Notes under the pieces: model-generated | Seen by the model: only the letters and a program-made list of their open reading frames with translations | What the model was told of the DNA's origin: nothing | The model's database searches: none | Position numbers and translations under genes: made by a program | From: an uncultured Thermoleophilia bacterium | GTDB lineage: Bacteria; Actinomycetota; Thermoleophilia; UBA2241 | NCBI GenBank assembly: GCA_963707335.1 | Contig: CAVPQD010000010.1 | Coordinates: 31,676-95,675, forward strand | Reading direction: 5' to 3' | DNA: 64,000 nt | Part shown: positions 24,206 to 38,027 of the stretch, piece after piece | Layout: every line of letters begins with the position of its first letter | Numbering within the stretch: the stretch's first letter is position 1

Positions 24206-24886
24206 GTGAGCGGGCCCGAACGCGTGTCGCTGGCCGGGCTGGACGCCGCGGATGCGGCGGCGCTGGGCCGCAGGGTGAGCGCGGCCCGGCTCGTCTGCTT
24301 CCCCACGGACACGGTGTACGGGGTCGGTGGCGCGCTCACGCCGGCCGTCGCGGACGCCCTGGTGGCGGCCAAGGGCCGCGACCCCGACAAGCCGCTGCAG
24401 GTCGTCTTTCCGACGTTGCAGCGGCTGGAAGCCGACGTCGCGCTCGCCCCGGCCCTGCGCGCGGCCTGCCGCGCGCTGCTGCCGGGGCCCGTCACGCTCG
24501 TCCTGCCCTACCCGGCCGGGTGGCGGTTCCCGCCGCCCGGCCGGCTCGCGAGCGGCGATCGCCAGGTCGCGACGCTCGGCGTACGCGTTCCTGTGTGGCC
24601 GCCGGCGGCGCGGGTGTTGAGTGCGCTGGAGCGGCCGCTGCTGGCCTCCAGCGCGAACCAGAGCGGGGCGCCGCCGCCGGCGTCGCTGGACGAGGTCGAC
24701 CCCGCGCTGCTGGCGCGCTGCGACCTCGCCCTGGACGCGGGCCCGGTGCACGGCGCCGCGTCCGCCGTCGTAGACTTGAGCCGCTATGCCGAGACGCGCC
24801 GCTGGCGCCTGGTGCGGGCCGGCGTCTGGGACGAACGTCACATCGCCGCCAAGCTCGCGGCCGCCGAGGAGGACTCCCTGTCATGA
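24206..24886 (+). CDS. L-threonylcarbamoyladenylate synthase-like (YrdC/Sua5 domain) protein
   Basis: ...CFPTDTVYGVGGALTPAVADALVAAKGRDPDKPLQVVF...LLASSANQSGAPPP... matches the YrdC/TsaC fold motifs (TDTVYG, SAN); GTG 24206, 8 nt after the hisF stop. Confidence 0.7.
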   Translation: MSGPERVSLAGLDAADAAALGRRVSAARLVCFPTDTVYGVGGALTPAVADALVAAKGRDPDKPLQVVFPTLQRLEADVALAPALRAACRALLPGPVTLVLPYPAGWRFPPPGRLASGDRQVATLGVRVPVWPPAARVLSALERPLLASSANQSGAPPPASLDEVDPALLARCDLALDAGPVHGAASAVVDLSRYAETRRWRLVRAGVWDERHIAAKLAAAEEDSLS

Positions 24887-25776
24887 CCACCTACAGCTTC
24901 CACCAGGTCGACGTCTTCACCGACACGGTCTTCGCGGGTAACCCGCTGGCGGTGTTCATCGATGCCCGGGGGATCGGCGACGCCCAGATGCAGGCCATCG
25001 CCCGCGAGATGAACCTGTCCGAGACGACCTTCGTGCTGCCGCCGGAGGGCGGCGGCGACGCGAAGGTCCGCATCTTCACCCCCGCCACGGAGCTGCCCTT
25101 CGCCGGCCACCCCAGTGTGGGGACGGCCGTCGAGCTCGTCCGTCACGGCGTCGTCGCGCCGGCGGGCGCGGTCACGCCGGTCACGCTGGAGCTGGGCGTC
25201 GGGCCGACGGTCGTCGACGTCGAGGTGCGCGACGGCGTGCCCGTGAGCGGCACCGTGCATCAGGGGGCCGCGCGGTTCGGGGCGCGGATCCCGCGCCGGC
25301 GGGCGGCGGCCGTGCTGGGCCTCCAGGAGACCGATCTGCATCCCGACCTGGGGCCGGCCGTCGTCGGCACCGGTCTCGACTACGCCGTCATCCCGCTGCA
25401 CGAGCGCAGCGTCCTGGGCCGCATCAACCTGGACACCGGCCTGTTGCGCGACTTCGAGCGGGACTTCGCCGAGGTGTATCCCTGCGCCCTCACCGGCGAG
25501 GACGAGCCCTGGATGGAGGCGCGCGGGCTCTTCCCGCTGATCGGCATCCAGGAGGACCCGGCCACGGGCAGCGCGGCGGGCCCGCTGGCCGCCTACGCCG
25601 CCCGGGCCGGCCTGCTGGCGCCGGGCGAGACCCGTGTGGTGCTGCAGGGCGCCTATGTGGACCGGCCGAGCCTGCTCGCGGTGTCGGTGACGGGCGCCCC
25701 AGACCACATCGAGGACGTCCTGGTCGGCGGCCCGGTGCGGCCCGTCCTGCGCGGCGAGCTCACGCTGCCGGACTGA
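24883..25776 (+). CDS. PhzF-family phenazine-biosynthesis-like isomerase
   Basis: MTTYSFHQVDVFTDTVFAGNPLAVFIDARGIGDAQMQAIAREMNLSETTFVLPPE...IFTPATELPFAGHPSVGTA... is the canonical PhzF/DAP-epimerase-fold signature; ATG overlaps the upstream stop. Confidence 0.85.
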   Translation: MTTYSFHQVDVFTDTVFAGNPLAVFIDARGIGDAQMQAIAREMNLSETTFVLPPEGGGDAKVRIFTPATELPFAGHPSVGTAVELVRHGVVAPAGAVTPVTLELGVGPTVVDVEVRDGVPVSGTVHQGAARFGARIPRRRAAAVLGLQETDLHPDLGPAVVGTGLDYAVIPLHERSVLGRINLDTGLLRDFERDFAEVYPCALTGEDEPWMEARGLFPLIGIQEDPATGSAAGPLAAYAARAGLLAPGETRVVLQGAYVDRPSLLAVSVTGAPDHIEDVLVGGPVRPVLRGELTLPD

Positions 25777-25885
25777 TACAATCGAAAGTCCAAATGAGGC
25801 GCCGCAGAGTGGCCGCGACGTCCCGTCGCGACGGGCTGGCGACGCCCGTGACCATCGCCAAACCGCAGACCGAGAGGAAGCTCAC

Positions 25886-26335
25886 ATGAAGATCGCGGCC
25901 GGGGCCGACCACGGGGGCTATGCCATCAAGGAGGCGGTCGTGCGCCGCCTTCGCTCGCAGGGGCACGAGGTCGTCGACGTCGGCACTGACTCGGGCGACG
26001 TCTCTGTCGACTATCCCGACTTCGGGCACCGCGTCGCCGCGATGGTGGTGTCGGGCGAGGTCGAGCGCGGCCTGCTCGTCTGCGGCACCGGCCTCGGCAT
26101 CTGCATGAGCGCCAACCGCCACCGCGGCGTGCGCGCCGCCGACTGCTTCACGCCCTACCTTGCCGAGATGGCGCGGCGCCACAACGACGCCAACGTCCTG
26201 TGTCTCGGCGGCCGTCTGCTGAGCGAGGACGAGGCGTGGGCGATCACCGAGGTCTGGATGGACACGCCCTTCGAGGGCGGCCGCCACGAGAAGCGCGTCG
26301 CCCTCATCGACGAGGGTGCCGAGGCGGCCTCGTGA
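25886..26335 (+). CDS. rpiB: ribose-5-phosphate isomerase B
   Basis: [34 protein letters not shown]...[22 protein letters not shown]... is the RpiB/LacAB fold with catalytic Cys. Confidence 0.9.
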   Translation: MKIAAGADHGGYAIKEAVVRRLRSQGHEVVDVGTDSGDVSVDYPDFGHRVAAMVVSGEVERGLLVCGTGLGICMSANRHRGVRAADCFTPYLAEMARRHNDANVLCLGGRLLSEDEAWAITEVWMDTPFEGGRHEKRVALIDEGAEAAS

Positions 26336-27600
26336 GCCCAGTCGGGCGGGAGTGGCGGCGCGAGCCGCTCTACCATCTGGACCCCGAGCTCAACGAGCTC
26401 CTGCGCAGCGAGCTCATCCGGCAACAGGAGACCCTGGAGCTGATCGCCAGCGAGAACTTCGCGAGCCGCTCGGTGCTGGAGGCGACCGGCTCGGTGCTGA
26501 CCAACAAGTACGCCGAGGGCACGCCCGGGGCGCGCTACTACGGCGGCTGCGGCGTCGTGGACCAGGTCGAGCAGCTCGCCATCGACCGCTGCAAGGCCGT
26601 GTTCGGCGCCGAGCACGTGAACGTGCAGCCGCACTCCGGCTCCTCCGCCAACCTGGCGGCGCTCTTCGCCCTGCTCGAGCCGGGCGACACGCTGATGGGC
26701 ATGGAGCTGGCCCACGGCGGCCACCTCACCCACGGCCTCGCCATCAACTACTCGGGGCGCACGTACCGGGTGGTGCCCTACCACGTGCGCCGCGACACCG
26801 AGACCATCGACTACGACGAGGTGCGCGAGCTCGCCCGGCAGCATCGTCCCAAGCTCATCATCTGCGGGTACAGCTCGTACCCGCGCACCATCGACTTCGC
26901 CGCGTTCCGCGAGATCGCCGACGAGGTCGGGGCGCTGCTCATGGCGGACATCGCCCACATCGCGGGGCTCATCGCCGCCGGCGTGCACCCCAACCCGGTG
27001 CCGTACTGCGAGGTCGTCACGAGCACCACGCACAAGACCCTCACGGGTCCCCGGGCCGGCATCATCATGTGCCGCGAGGAGTACGGGCGGGCCATCGACC
27101 GGGCCGTGTTCCCCGGCATGCAGGGCGGCCCGCTCATGCACGTCATCGCCGCCAAGGCCGTGTGTCTCAAGATCGCCCAGAGCGAGGAGTTCCGGCGCCT
27201 GCAGCGGCAGATCGTCGTGAACTGCGCCGCCCTGGCCGAGACGCTCGCCGAGGGCGGCCTGCGCATCGTCTCGGGGGGCACCGACGTGCACCTCGCGCTC
27301 GTCGACCTGCGCAGCACCGGTCTCACGGGTCTGGAATGCCAGGACCTCCTGGAGCAGGTCAACATCACCGCGAACCGCAACGTCGTGCCGTTCGAGGAGG
27401 GCTCGTTCAACGTGGCCAGCGGGCTGCGCGTCGGCTCGCCCGCCGTCTCGACGCGCGGCTTCATGGAACCGGAGATGCGCCAGGCGGGTGAGCTCATCCT
27501 GCGCGCGCTCGAGGCGCGCGGCAACGACGCCGCGCTGGCGGAGCTGCGCCGCGAGGTGATCGACCTCCTCGACCAGTTCCCGCTCTACGAGTTCCTGTGA
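26332..27600 (+). CDS. glyA: serine hydroxymethyltransferase
   Basis: ...[37 protein letters not shown]...[20 protein letters not shown]... has the SHMT PLP-lysine motif (TTHKTL); GTG 26332 overlaps the rpiB stop (GTGA); intact. Confidence 0.95.
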   Translation: MSPVGREWRREPLYHLDPELNELLRSELIRQQETLELIASENFASRSVLEATGSVLTNKYAEGTPGARYYGGCGVVDQVEQLAIDRCKAVFGAEHVNVQPHSGSSANLAALFALLEPGDTLMGMELAHGGHLTHGLAINYSGRTYRVVPYHVRRDTETIDYDEVRELARQHRPKLIICGYSSYPRTIDFAAFREIADEVGALLMADIAHIAGLIAAGVHPNPVPYCEVVTSTTHKTLTGPRAGIIMCREEYGRAIDRAVFPGMQGGPLMHVIAAKAVCLKIAQSEEFRRLQRQIVVNCAALAETLAEGGLRIVSGGTDVHLALVDLRSTGLTGLECQDLLEQVNITANRNVVPFEEGSFNVASGLRVGSPAVSTRGFMEPEMRQAGELILRALEARGNDAALAELRREVIDLLDQFPLYEFL

Positions 27601-28091
27601 GCGGCGCCGTCGGCAACGACGCCGGCGGGGCCGGCGACGCCTGGCACCGGCCGAGCTGGGACGAGTACTTCCTGCAGCTCGCCCGCCAGGCGGCGACCCG
27701 GTCCACGTGCCTTCGTCGTCAGATCGGCGCCGTGCTGGTGCGCGACAAACGCATCCTCGCGACCGGGTACAACGGCGCCCCGCGGGGCACGGCGCACTGC
27801 CTGGATGTGGGCTGCCTGCGCGAGCAGCTCGGCATCCCCTCCGGTGAGCGTCACGAGCTCTGCCGCGCCATCCACGCCGAGCAGAACGCCATCATCCAGG
27901 CCGCCATCCACGGCGTGGCCATCGAGGGCGCGACGCTGTACTGCACCCATCACCCCTGCATCCTGTGCGCCAAGATGCTCATCAACTGCGGGGTGCGCGA
28001 GATCCACTACCTGCAGGGCTACCCGGACGAGCTGTCCGCCGCCATGCTCGAGGAGGCCGGCGTGGAGCTGCACAAAGAGGACCTGCCATAG
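27597..28091 (+). CDS. cytidine/deoxycytidylate (dCMP) deaminase family protein
   Basis: ...[17 protein letters not shown]...HAEQNAII...[14 protein letters not shown]... has the HAE...PCxxC zinc-deaminase motifs; start overlaps the glyA stop. Confidence 0.8.
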   Translation: MSGAVGNDAGGAGDAWHRPSWDEYFLQLARQAATRSTCLRRQIGAVLVRDKRILATGYNGAPRGTAHCLDVGCLREQLGIPSGERHELCRAIHAEQNAIIQAAIHGVAIEGATLYCTHHPCILCAKMLINCGVREIHYLQGYPDELSAAMLEEAGVELHKEDLP

Positions 28092-28096
28092 ACGGC

Positions 28097-29257
28097 TTGA
28101 TCAGCCTGTCCAGCCCGATCCGCACCGCGGCACTGGGCTTCGTGCTCGCCGCCGTGCTCGTCTACGCGCTCACGCCGCTCATGAGCCGCATCGCGCGGCA
28201 CACGGGGGCGGTCGACAACCCGACGGACGACCGGCGCATGCACGTGCTGGCCACGCCGCTGCTCGGCGGCCTCGGCATGTACCTGGGATGGATCGTGCCG
28301 GTGGTCTTGCTCGTCCCCGTGGACCGGCCCGTGTGGGGCATCATCGGCGGCGTGACCATCGTCGTCGCCGTCGGCCTGTTCGACGACCTGTACGAGCTGG
28401 AGCCCATCGTCAAGTTCGTCGGCCAGCTGCTGGCCATCGGTGTGGCCATCTACTTCGGCATCCGCGTGGAGAGCGTGGCCCTGCCGTTCACCGACACGAT
28501 GCTGCACTTCCCGCTCGTCGTGTCGGTGCTCGTCACGGCCTTCTGGATGGCCACCATCGTCAACATGGTGAACTTCATCGATGGCCTCGACGGCCTGGCG
28601 GCCGGCGTCTGCGGCATCTCGGCGCTCACCTTCTGCGTGATCTCACTGTCCACGGGCTTCCCGTCGATGGGTGTCATCGCCGCCGTGCTGGCCGGCGCCA
28701 CGTTCGCCTTCCTGCGCTTCAACTTCCACCCGGCCAGCATCTTCATGGGCGACGCGGGCTCCATGCTGCTCGGGTTCACGCTCGCGTGCGTGAGCGTCGC
28801 GAGCGTGATGAAGGGCTCGGCGGCAGTGGCCCTCGTGCTGCCCCTGCTCATCCTGGCCGTGCCGTTCGTCGATCTGTTCCTCATCGTGTGGCGGCGCTGG
28901 CGGCGCGGGGTGCCGTTCTACGCCGCCGGGCAGGACCACGTGCACCACGACCTCGTGCTCGTGCACGGCTTCTCGCAGCGCAAGAGCGTGCTGCTGCTGT
29001 ACACGTGGTGCGTACTGCTCAGCGGGCTGGGCATCGCCATGCAGCGCGGCAGCAAGCCGGCCATGATCGTGCTGGGCGTGGCCGGTTCCGTGGCGACGGC
29101 CTACATGGCGCGGCTGCTCAGCCGCTACCGCGCGCGCCGGCTCGATCTGGAGCCTGTGCTGTCCGGCGAGGCGGCCGGCGCCACGGCCGGCGCCGCGACT
29201 GCCGCCACTTCCGCAGCAACCGACGGGTCGCGACCTGCAGGGGAGAGCGGGGCGTGA
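28097..29257 (+). CDS. glycosyltransferase family 4 polyprenyl-phosphate N-acetylhexosamine-1-phosphate transferase (WecA/TagO/Rfe-like)
   Basis: Polytopic membrane protein with MraY/WecA motifs (NMVNFIDGLDGLAAG, FMGDAGSMLLGF, VHHDLV); TTG start at 28097 inferred. Position immediately upstream of the atp operon mirrors mycobacterial rfe-atp synteny. Confidence 0.8.
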   Translation: MISLSSPIRTAALGFVLAAVLVYALTPLMSRIARHTGAVDNPTDDRRMHVLATPLLGGLGMYLGWIVPVVLLVPVDRPVWGIIGGVTIVVAVGLFDDLYELEPIVKFVGQLLAIGVAIYFGIRVESVALPFTDTMLHFPLVVSVLVTAFWMATIVNMVNFIDGLDGLAAGVCGISALTFCVISLSTGFPSMGVIAAVLAGATFAFLRFNFHPASIFMGDAGSMLLGFTLACVSVASVMKGSAAVALVLPLLILAVPFVDLFLIVWRRWRRGVPFYAAGQDHVHHDLVLVHGFSQRKSVLLLYTWCVLLSGLGIAMQRGSKPAMIVLGVAGSVATAYMARLLSRYRARRLDLEPVLSGEAAGATAGAATAATSAATDGSRPAGESGA

Positions 29258-29338
29258 AGCGGGTATCAAGCGTCTTGGCCGCCGCCCCGCGCCCCGGCCG
29301 CCGGGCAGCTCAGCCAGCGGGCGGTGGCAGCCTTGTCG

Positions 29339-29366
29339 TTGCGAGCCCCGGGTCGGCAGGTATACT
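29339..29366 (+). promoter_or_regulatory. candidate promoter of the atp operon (TTGCGA-N16-TATACT)
   Basis: Hexamers read directly: TTGCGA 29339-29344, 16-nt spacer, TATACT 29361-29366. Confidence 0.35.
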
Positions 29367-29444
29367 GTGACGCCACAATCGACTCATGACGACCGCGGCG
29401 GGGGCGACAGACGCTCCCCCGCCTCGGCCGAATCAGTCGCGTTC

Positions 29445-29588
29445 ATGTTGCTCGCAGGGGTCGCCGTCGGGCTGGGGGCCGGCGCCGGTCTGGACTGGGT
29501 GGTGGGCACGTTCCCGCTGTTCACCGCCATCGGCGTGTTCGCCGGGTTCGCCCTCGCGTTGTACGCTATCTACCTTGAAACGAAGTGA
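29445..29588 (+). CDS. AtpZ/AtpI-family small membrane protein (putative F-ATPase accessory subunit)
   Basis: MLLAGVAVGLGAGAGLDWVVGTFPLFTAIGVFAGFALALYAIYLETK*, two TM helices with the G-rich AtpZ-like pattern; the track ORF begins at GTG 29367 but that abuts the -10 box, so ATG 29445 is preferred. Confidence 0.5.
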   Translation: MLLAGVAVGLGAGAGLDWVVGTFPLFTAIGVFAGFALALYAIYLETK

Positions 29589-29604
29589 CCACGTTCACGG
29601 GAGG

Positions 29605-30000
29605 ATCAGACTGAGCCGCAGACAGGCGCTCACGCCCTTCATCCTCGTCGCGGTCGTCATCGCCGCCGCCACGGTCGCCGCCCTCATCGACAGGCCCGTG
29701 TGGGCCGCAGCCTTGGGGGCGGGCCTTGTGCTGGCCTACTGGGCCCTCGAGGTGCTCTCGTGGCGGCGCGGCGAGGCGACCGGCACGTTCGGCGCCGCCG
29801 TCGGCGTGGCGCTGGGCGGCATGGTGCTGCGCCTCGCCCTGGTGCTCGCCGTGCTCGTCGTGGTCGGCCTGCTGGCGAGCAAGCCCGCGTTCGCCACGGC
29901 CGCGCTCGCCTTCCTCGCCGCGTTCACGCTGTACATTCCGCTGCGCCTCGTCACCTACACGGCGCTGCAGGCGCCCCGGCAAGCGGGGGTGCGCTCGTGA
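29605..30000 (+). CDS. atpI: ATP synthase protein I (AtpI); start codon unresolved (no canonical in-frame start near the RBS)
   Basis: ...LSRRQALTPFILVAVVIAAATVAALIDRPVWAAALGAGLVLAYWALEVLSWRR...LRLALVLAVLVVVGLLASKPAFATAALAFLAAFTLYIPLRLV is 4-TM AtpI-like; GGGAGGA RBS at 29597-29603; TGA 29998-30000 overlaps the atpB GTG. Confidence 0.5.
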   Translation: MRLSRRQALTPFILVAVVIAAATVAALIDRPVWAAALGAGLVLAYWALEVLSWRRGEATGTFGAAVGVALGGMVLRLALVLAVLVVVGLLASKPAFATAALAFLAAFTLYIPLRLVTYTALQAPRQAGVRS

Positions 30001-30848
30001 AGGGCAAGCGGCTCATCTGGCTGCTCGTCGTGCTGTTCGCCCTGGCGGCCCTGTTCTTCATCCCGGGCGGCGGCAAGCAGGAGTTCGAGGTCGCCAACGA
30101 GTTCGTGCTGGAGCCGATCATCAAGATCCCCCCGATCGGCCCCATCGACCTGTCGATCACCAAGGCGGTCGCCTACCTGTGGGCCGCGACGGTGGTCATC
30201 ATCGTGTTCGCAGCTCTCATCTCGCGCAGCTTCAACCGCCCGCCCGGCCGGTTCCAGGCCATGTGCGAGCTGCTCTACAGCCTTGCGCGCGATGGCATCG
30301 CGGGGTCGACGATGACGGCGGGCGTCGACACGTGGTTCCCCTATGTGGGGTCTGCCTTCTTCTTCGTCTTGACCTGCAATCTCCTGGGGCTCATCCCCCT
30401 GCCATTTGGCGAGCACCACCAGGTCGCGTTCTATGCGCCGACAGGCAACCTCAACGTGACCATAGCGTTGGCGCTGCTCACGTTCGTCTTCACGCACTAC
30501 GCCGGCATCCGTCAGAAGGGCGTCGTCGGATACGTCAAGGGCTGGTCGATCCCGTCGGCCCCGCCCGTGCTGCGGCAGTTGATCTTCGTCATGCACATCA
30601 TCAGCGAAGTCTTCCGGCTCGTCTCGTTGTCCGTGCGGCTCTTCGCCAACATGCTGGCCGGGCACGCGATCCTGGGCGTCTTCTTCGCGATGGCCCTCGT
30701 GTTCCAGAGCTACTTCATCGCCAGCGTGCTGCAGGGAGCATCGGTGCTCCTCTACCTGTTCGAGATCTTCATCGCCTTCATCCAGGCGTTCATCTTCGCG
30801 ATCCTTTCGGCTGTCTATATCTCCGGTGCCCTGGAGGACGAGCACTGA
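29997..30848 (+). CDS. atpB: F0F1 ATP synthase subunit a
   Basis: ...RLFANMLAGHAILGVFF... contains the essential Arg (RLFANM) of subunit a; 5-6 TM helices. Confidence 0.9.
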   Translation: MKGKRLIWLLVVLFALAALFFIPGGGKQEFEVANEFVLEPIIKIPPIGPIDLSITKAVAYLWAATVVIIVFAALISRSFNRPPGRFQAMCELLYSLARDGIAGSTMTAGVDTWFPYVGSAFFFVLTCNLLGLIPLPFGEHHQVAFYAPTGNLNVTIALALLTFVFTHYAGIRQKGVVGYVKGWSIPSAPPVLRQLIFVMHIISEVFRLVSLSVRLFANMLAGHAILGVFFAMALVFQSYFIASVLQGASVLLYLFEIFIAFIQAFIFAILSAVYISGALEDEH

Positions 30849-30859
30849 CAGAGGCGTGA

Positions 30860-31135
<276 letters not shown>

Positions 31136-31177
31136 CACAGGGGCCGTCGTCGTGAGCGACAGAGAGACGAGAGCGAG

Positions 31178-31687
31178 ATGCTGAATCTGTCTTGGGGTCT
31201 GATGGTCTGGACCTTGATCACGTTTGGGATCGCGGTGTACGTGCTGCGACGGTACGCGTTCGGCCCCATCCAGAAACTGATCGAGGACCGGCGCACCACA
31301 GTGCAGGAAAGCATGGACGCGGCCGAGCAGACACGGCACGAAGCGCAGCGTCTGCTGCGGGAGTACGAGCAGACGCTCGCCAAGGTACGAGCCGAGGCTG
31401 AGGAGATCCTGGAGCGGTCACGCGCGACCGGCGACCACGCCAAGGCGGAGATCATGGAAGAGGCGCACGCCCAGGCCGACCGCGTGCTCTCGCAGGCGCA
31501 CGAGCAGATCGACCGCGACACGCGCGCGGCCGTGCGCGACCTGAAGGCTCAGATCGCGGAGCTCACCGCCCTGGCCACCGAGAAGGTCACGACGCGCAGT
31601 CTCACGCCGGCCGACCAGGAGCGCCTCATCGAGGAGGCGCTGGCCGAGCTGAACGTCGACCAGCTCGGGATGGGGTCCAAGGGTTGA
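31178..31687 (+). CDS. atpF: F0F1 ATP synthase subunit b
   Basis: Single N-terminal TM helix then a long charged coiled coil (QESMDAAEQTRHEAQRLLREYEQTLAKVRAEAEEILE...). Confidence 0.9.
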   Translation: MLNLSWGLMVWTLITFGIAVYVLRRYAFGPIQKLIEDRRTTVQESMDAAEQTRHEAQRLLREYEQTLAKVRAEAEEILERSRATGDHAKAEIMEEAHAQADRVLSQAHEQIDRDTRAAVRDLKAQIAELTALATEKVTTRSLTPADQERLIEEALAELNVDQLGMGSKG

Positions 31688-32237
31688 GCGACGGGGCTGT
31701 GGCAAAGGTCTACGCCCAGGCGCTTTTCGATGCGTCGCAGGAGGCGCACGCCGTCGACGCGGTGGGCCGCGAGCTGAGCGGCTTCGTCGCCGGTCTCGCG
31801 GCCTCCGAACAGCTGACGCACGTCCTGGCGGACCCACAGATCGAGACGACGGCCAAGATCCGCATCGTCGCCGAGCTGACGCGCGAGGCGCAGCCGCTCG
31901 TCGCCAACACGCTCCAGCTGCTGCTGGAGCGCGGCCGCTTCGCCATCATCGAAGAGCTGCGCGCCGAGTACGACGCGCTCACGGCCGCGGAAGCGGCCGT
32001 CGTCAACGTGGAGGTGACTTCCGCCGTGAAGCTCACCGCCGCGACCCAGAAGAGGATCGCCGCGCGGGTCGAGAAGACCACCGGGCGCCGGGTCGAGCTC
32101 GCGGTGCGAGTGGACCCGGCCATCGTCGGTGGCCTCGTGATGCGCGTGGGCGACGTGATCGTCGACGGCAGCGTGCGCTCGCGCATCCGCCAGCTGCGCC
32201 GTCGGCTGGCAACCGCGGAAGTGAGAGGTGACGTGGA

Positions 32238-32241
<4 letters not shown>
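31684..32241 (+). CDS. atpH: F0F1 ATP synthase subunit delta
   Basis: [30 protein letters not shown]...[37 protein letters not shown] is the OSCP/delta pattern; TTG start overlaps the atpF stop. Confidence 0.85.
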
Positions 32242-33792
<1,551 letters not shown>

Positions 33793-33793
33793 C

Positions 33794-34669
33794 GTGGCCA
33801 GCCTTCGCGACATCCGCCGGCGCATCACGTCGGTGCAGAGCACGGGCAAGATCACCAAGGCCATGGAGATGGTCTCGGCGGCCAAGCTGCGCCGCAACCA
33901 GCAGCGCATCGAGTCGTTGCGGCCCTACGCCATCGCCATGGTCGAGATGATGCGCGACCTGGCCACCTACGCGGAGGAGACGGGAAGCTTCCCGCTCCTG
34001 CAGCCCCACGGCGAAGAGGCCACCGTGGCGCTGCTCGTCATGACCGGCGACCGCGGCCTCGCCGGCGCCTTCAACGCCAACGTGCTGCGCGCCGCCGTGC
34101 AGGCGCGGCGAGAGCTGGAGGCGCAGGGCAAGCAGGTACAGGTGCTGGCCGTGGGTCGCAAGGGCATCGGGTCGCTCAAGTTCCGCGGCATCGAGCCGCA
34201 GCAGACGTGGGCCGGCCTGAGCGACAGCCCGCGCTACAACGACGCCCAGGCCATGGCCAAGCGCGTCATCGACAGCTACGTGGCGCACGAGGTGGACAGG
34301 GTGCAGCTCATCTACAACCACTTCAAGTCGCCGCTGGAGCAGAGGCTCATGGACATCACCATCCTCCCGATCCCGACGGAGGAGGTCACGGACGGCGCCG
34401 AGCGTCAGCCCGTCACCTATCTGTACGAACCGGACCCGGGCAGCATCTTCGAGGGGCTGCTGCCGGCGTACGTGGAGATCGCCATCTACCGCGCCCTGCT
34501 CGAGTCGAGCGCCAGCGAGCAGGGGGCGCGCATGACGGCCATGCGCAACGCGAGCGACAGCGCCGAGGAGATGCTCGGCACGCTGACGCTGGCGCTCAAC
34601 CGCGCCCGCCAGGCCGCGATCACGCAGGAGATCCTCGAGGTCGTGGCGGGCGCCGATGCTCTTGGCTAG
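33794..34669 (+). CDS. atpG: F0F1 ATP synthase subunit gamma
   Basis: GTG 33794 then ASLRDIRRRITSVQSTGKITKAMEMVSAAKLRRNQQRIESLRPYA... is the canonical gamma N-terminus; C-term ...ITQEILEVVAGADALG*; intact. Confidence 0.9.
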   Translation: MASLRDIRRRITSVQSTGKITKAMEMVSAAKLRRNQQRIESLRPYAIAMVEMMRDLATYAEETGSFPLLQPHGEEATVALLVMTGDRGLAGAFNANVLRAAVQARRELEAQGKQVQVLAVGRKGIGSLKFRGIEPQQTWAGLSDSPRYNDAQAMAKRVIDSYVAHEVDRVQLIYNHFKSPLEQRLMDITILPIPTEEVTDGAERQPVTYLYEPDPGSIFEGLLPAYVEIAIYRALLESSASEQGARMTAMRNASDSAEEMLGTLTLALNRARQAAITQEILEVVAGADALG

Positions 34670-36606
<1,937 letters not shown>

Positions 36607-36647
36607 CGCCGACTCCCAGTGTCGCCAGCTATACTACTGACCGTCTG

Positions 36648-37979
36648 ATGGACGGAACGATCGAACACGACGCGCGCCTGCTCGTGCGCGGCGGCCACCG
36701 GCTACAGGGCGACGTCGTCCTGTCTGGCGCCAAGAACTCCGCGCTCAAGCTGCTGGCCGCCAGCCTGCTCACGGCCGAGCCCTGCGTCATCCGCCGCGCG
36801 CCGCGCATCACCGACGTCGCCACCATGGTGGCGATGCTGCGCGCGCTGGGCGCCGACGTCGCCGAGGACGGCGGCGAGCTGCGCGTGCATGCCGGCAGCG
36901 CACTCCAGGGTCGGGCCCCGTACGAGCTGGTGCGCACCATGCGCGCCAGCATCATCGTCATGGGCCCGCTGGTCGCGCGCCTCGGCGAGGCCACCATCGC
37001 CCTGCCCGGCGGCTGCAACATCGGGCCGCGGCGCATCGACTTCCACATCCGCGGCCTGGAGAAGCTCGGCGCCGCCGTCGAGATCGACCACGGCTTCATC
37101 AAGGTGCACAGCACGCAGTTGCACGGCGCCGTGGTGCCGCTGGACTATCCCAGCGTCGGCGCCACGGAGAACCTGCTCATGGCGGCCACCGCCGCCGACG
37201 GCGAGACGGTCATCGAGAACGCGGCGCGCGAGCCGGAGATCGTCGACCTCTGCGACTTCCTCTCGGGCATGGGCGCGGTCATCGAGGGCGCCGGCACGAG
37301 CACCATCCGTATCGAGGGCGGCCGACCGCTGCACGGCGTCGAGCACGAGGTCGTCGCCGATCGCATCGAGGCCGGCACGTATCTCATCATGGGCGCCGCC
37401 ACCGGCGGCGACGTCACCGTCCACGGGCTGGACCCGCTGCATCTGGAGCTCTTCCTGGCGAAGCTGCGGGCGATGGGCGTCGTCGTGGAGGAGGGCGAGC
37501 GGCGCATCCGCGTGCGACGCGACGGCCCGCTCGCCCCCGTCGACATCTCGACGTTGCCACATCCCGGCTTCGCCACCGACCTGCAGGCGCAGGTGATGGT
37601 GTTGCTGTCGCTGGCCGACGGCACCTCCATCGTCACGGAGAACGTCTTCGAGAACCGCTTCGTCGTCGTGGACGAGCTCAACCGCCTGGGCGCGGGCATC
37701 ACGACGAGCGGCCATCACGCCGTCGTCGCCGGGCCGCGCGTCCTGACCGGCACCGCCGTGGAGGCGCCCGACCTGCGCGGGGGCGCCGCCCTCGTCACCG
37801 CCGGCCTCGTGGCGGAGGGCGTGACGGATGTGGGCGCGGTGCACCACATCGAGAGAGGGTACGAAGACCTTACGGGCAAGCTGTGCAGGCTGGGCGCCGA
37901 CGTCGAGCGCTGCATCGCGGCCCGCACCACAGACGGCAGTCCCGCCGTCACTTGTGATGAAGCAGGCGTTCATCCCTGA
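36648..37979 (+). CDS. murA: UDP-N-acetylglucosamine 1-carboxyvinyltransferase
   Basis: MDGTIEHDARLLVRGGHRLQGDVVLSGAKNSALKLLAASLLTAEPCVIRRAPRITDVATMVAMLRALGADV... is the EPT-fold MurA N-terminus, with the catalytic Cys context in ...ALPGGCNIGPRRIDFHIRGL; TATACT -10 box 12 nt upstream of the ATG; intact. Confidence 0.95.
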   Translation: MDGTIEHDARLLVRGGHRLQGDVVLSGAKNSALKLLAASLLTAEPCVIRRAPRITDVATMVAMLRALGADVAEDGGELRVHAGSALQGRAPYELVRTMRASIIVMGPLVARLGEATIALPGGCNIGPRRIDFHIRGLEKLGAAVEIDHGFIKVHSTQLHGAVVPLDYPSVGATENLLMAATAADGETVIENAAREPEIVDLCDFLSGMGAVIEGAGTSTIRIEGGRPLHGVEHEVVADRIEAGTYLIMGAATGGDVTVHGLDPLHLELFLAKLRAMGVVVEEGERRIRVRRDGPLAPVDISTLPHPGFATDLQAQVMVLLSLADGTSIVTENVFENRFVVVDELNRLGAGITTSGHHAVVAGPRVLTGTAVEAPDLRGGAALVTAGLVAEGVTDVGAVHHIERGYEDLTGKLCRLGADVERCIAARTTDGSPAVTCDEAGVHP

Positions 37980-38027
37980 CGACGCGCGACGGCGGCGGCA
38001 CGTGAGCGCGACAACGACAGGACGACC

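Noticed and set aside
25826-25850. Overlapping palindromes CGCGACGTCCCGTCGCGACGGG between the PhzF-family gene and rpiB
   Set aside because: Short (7-bp) stems of a kind common by chance in this GC context; no additional evidence of function.
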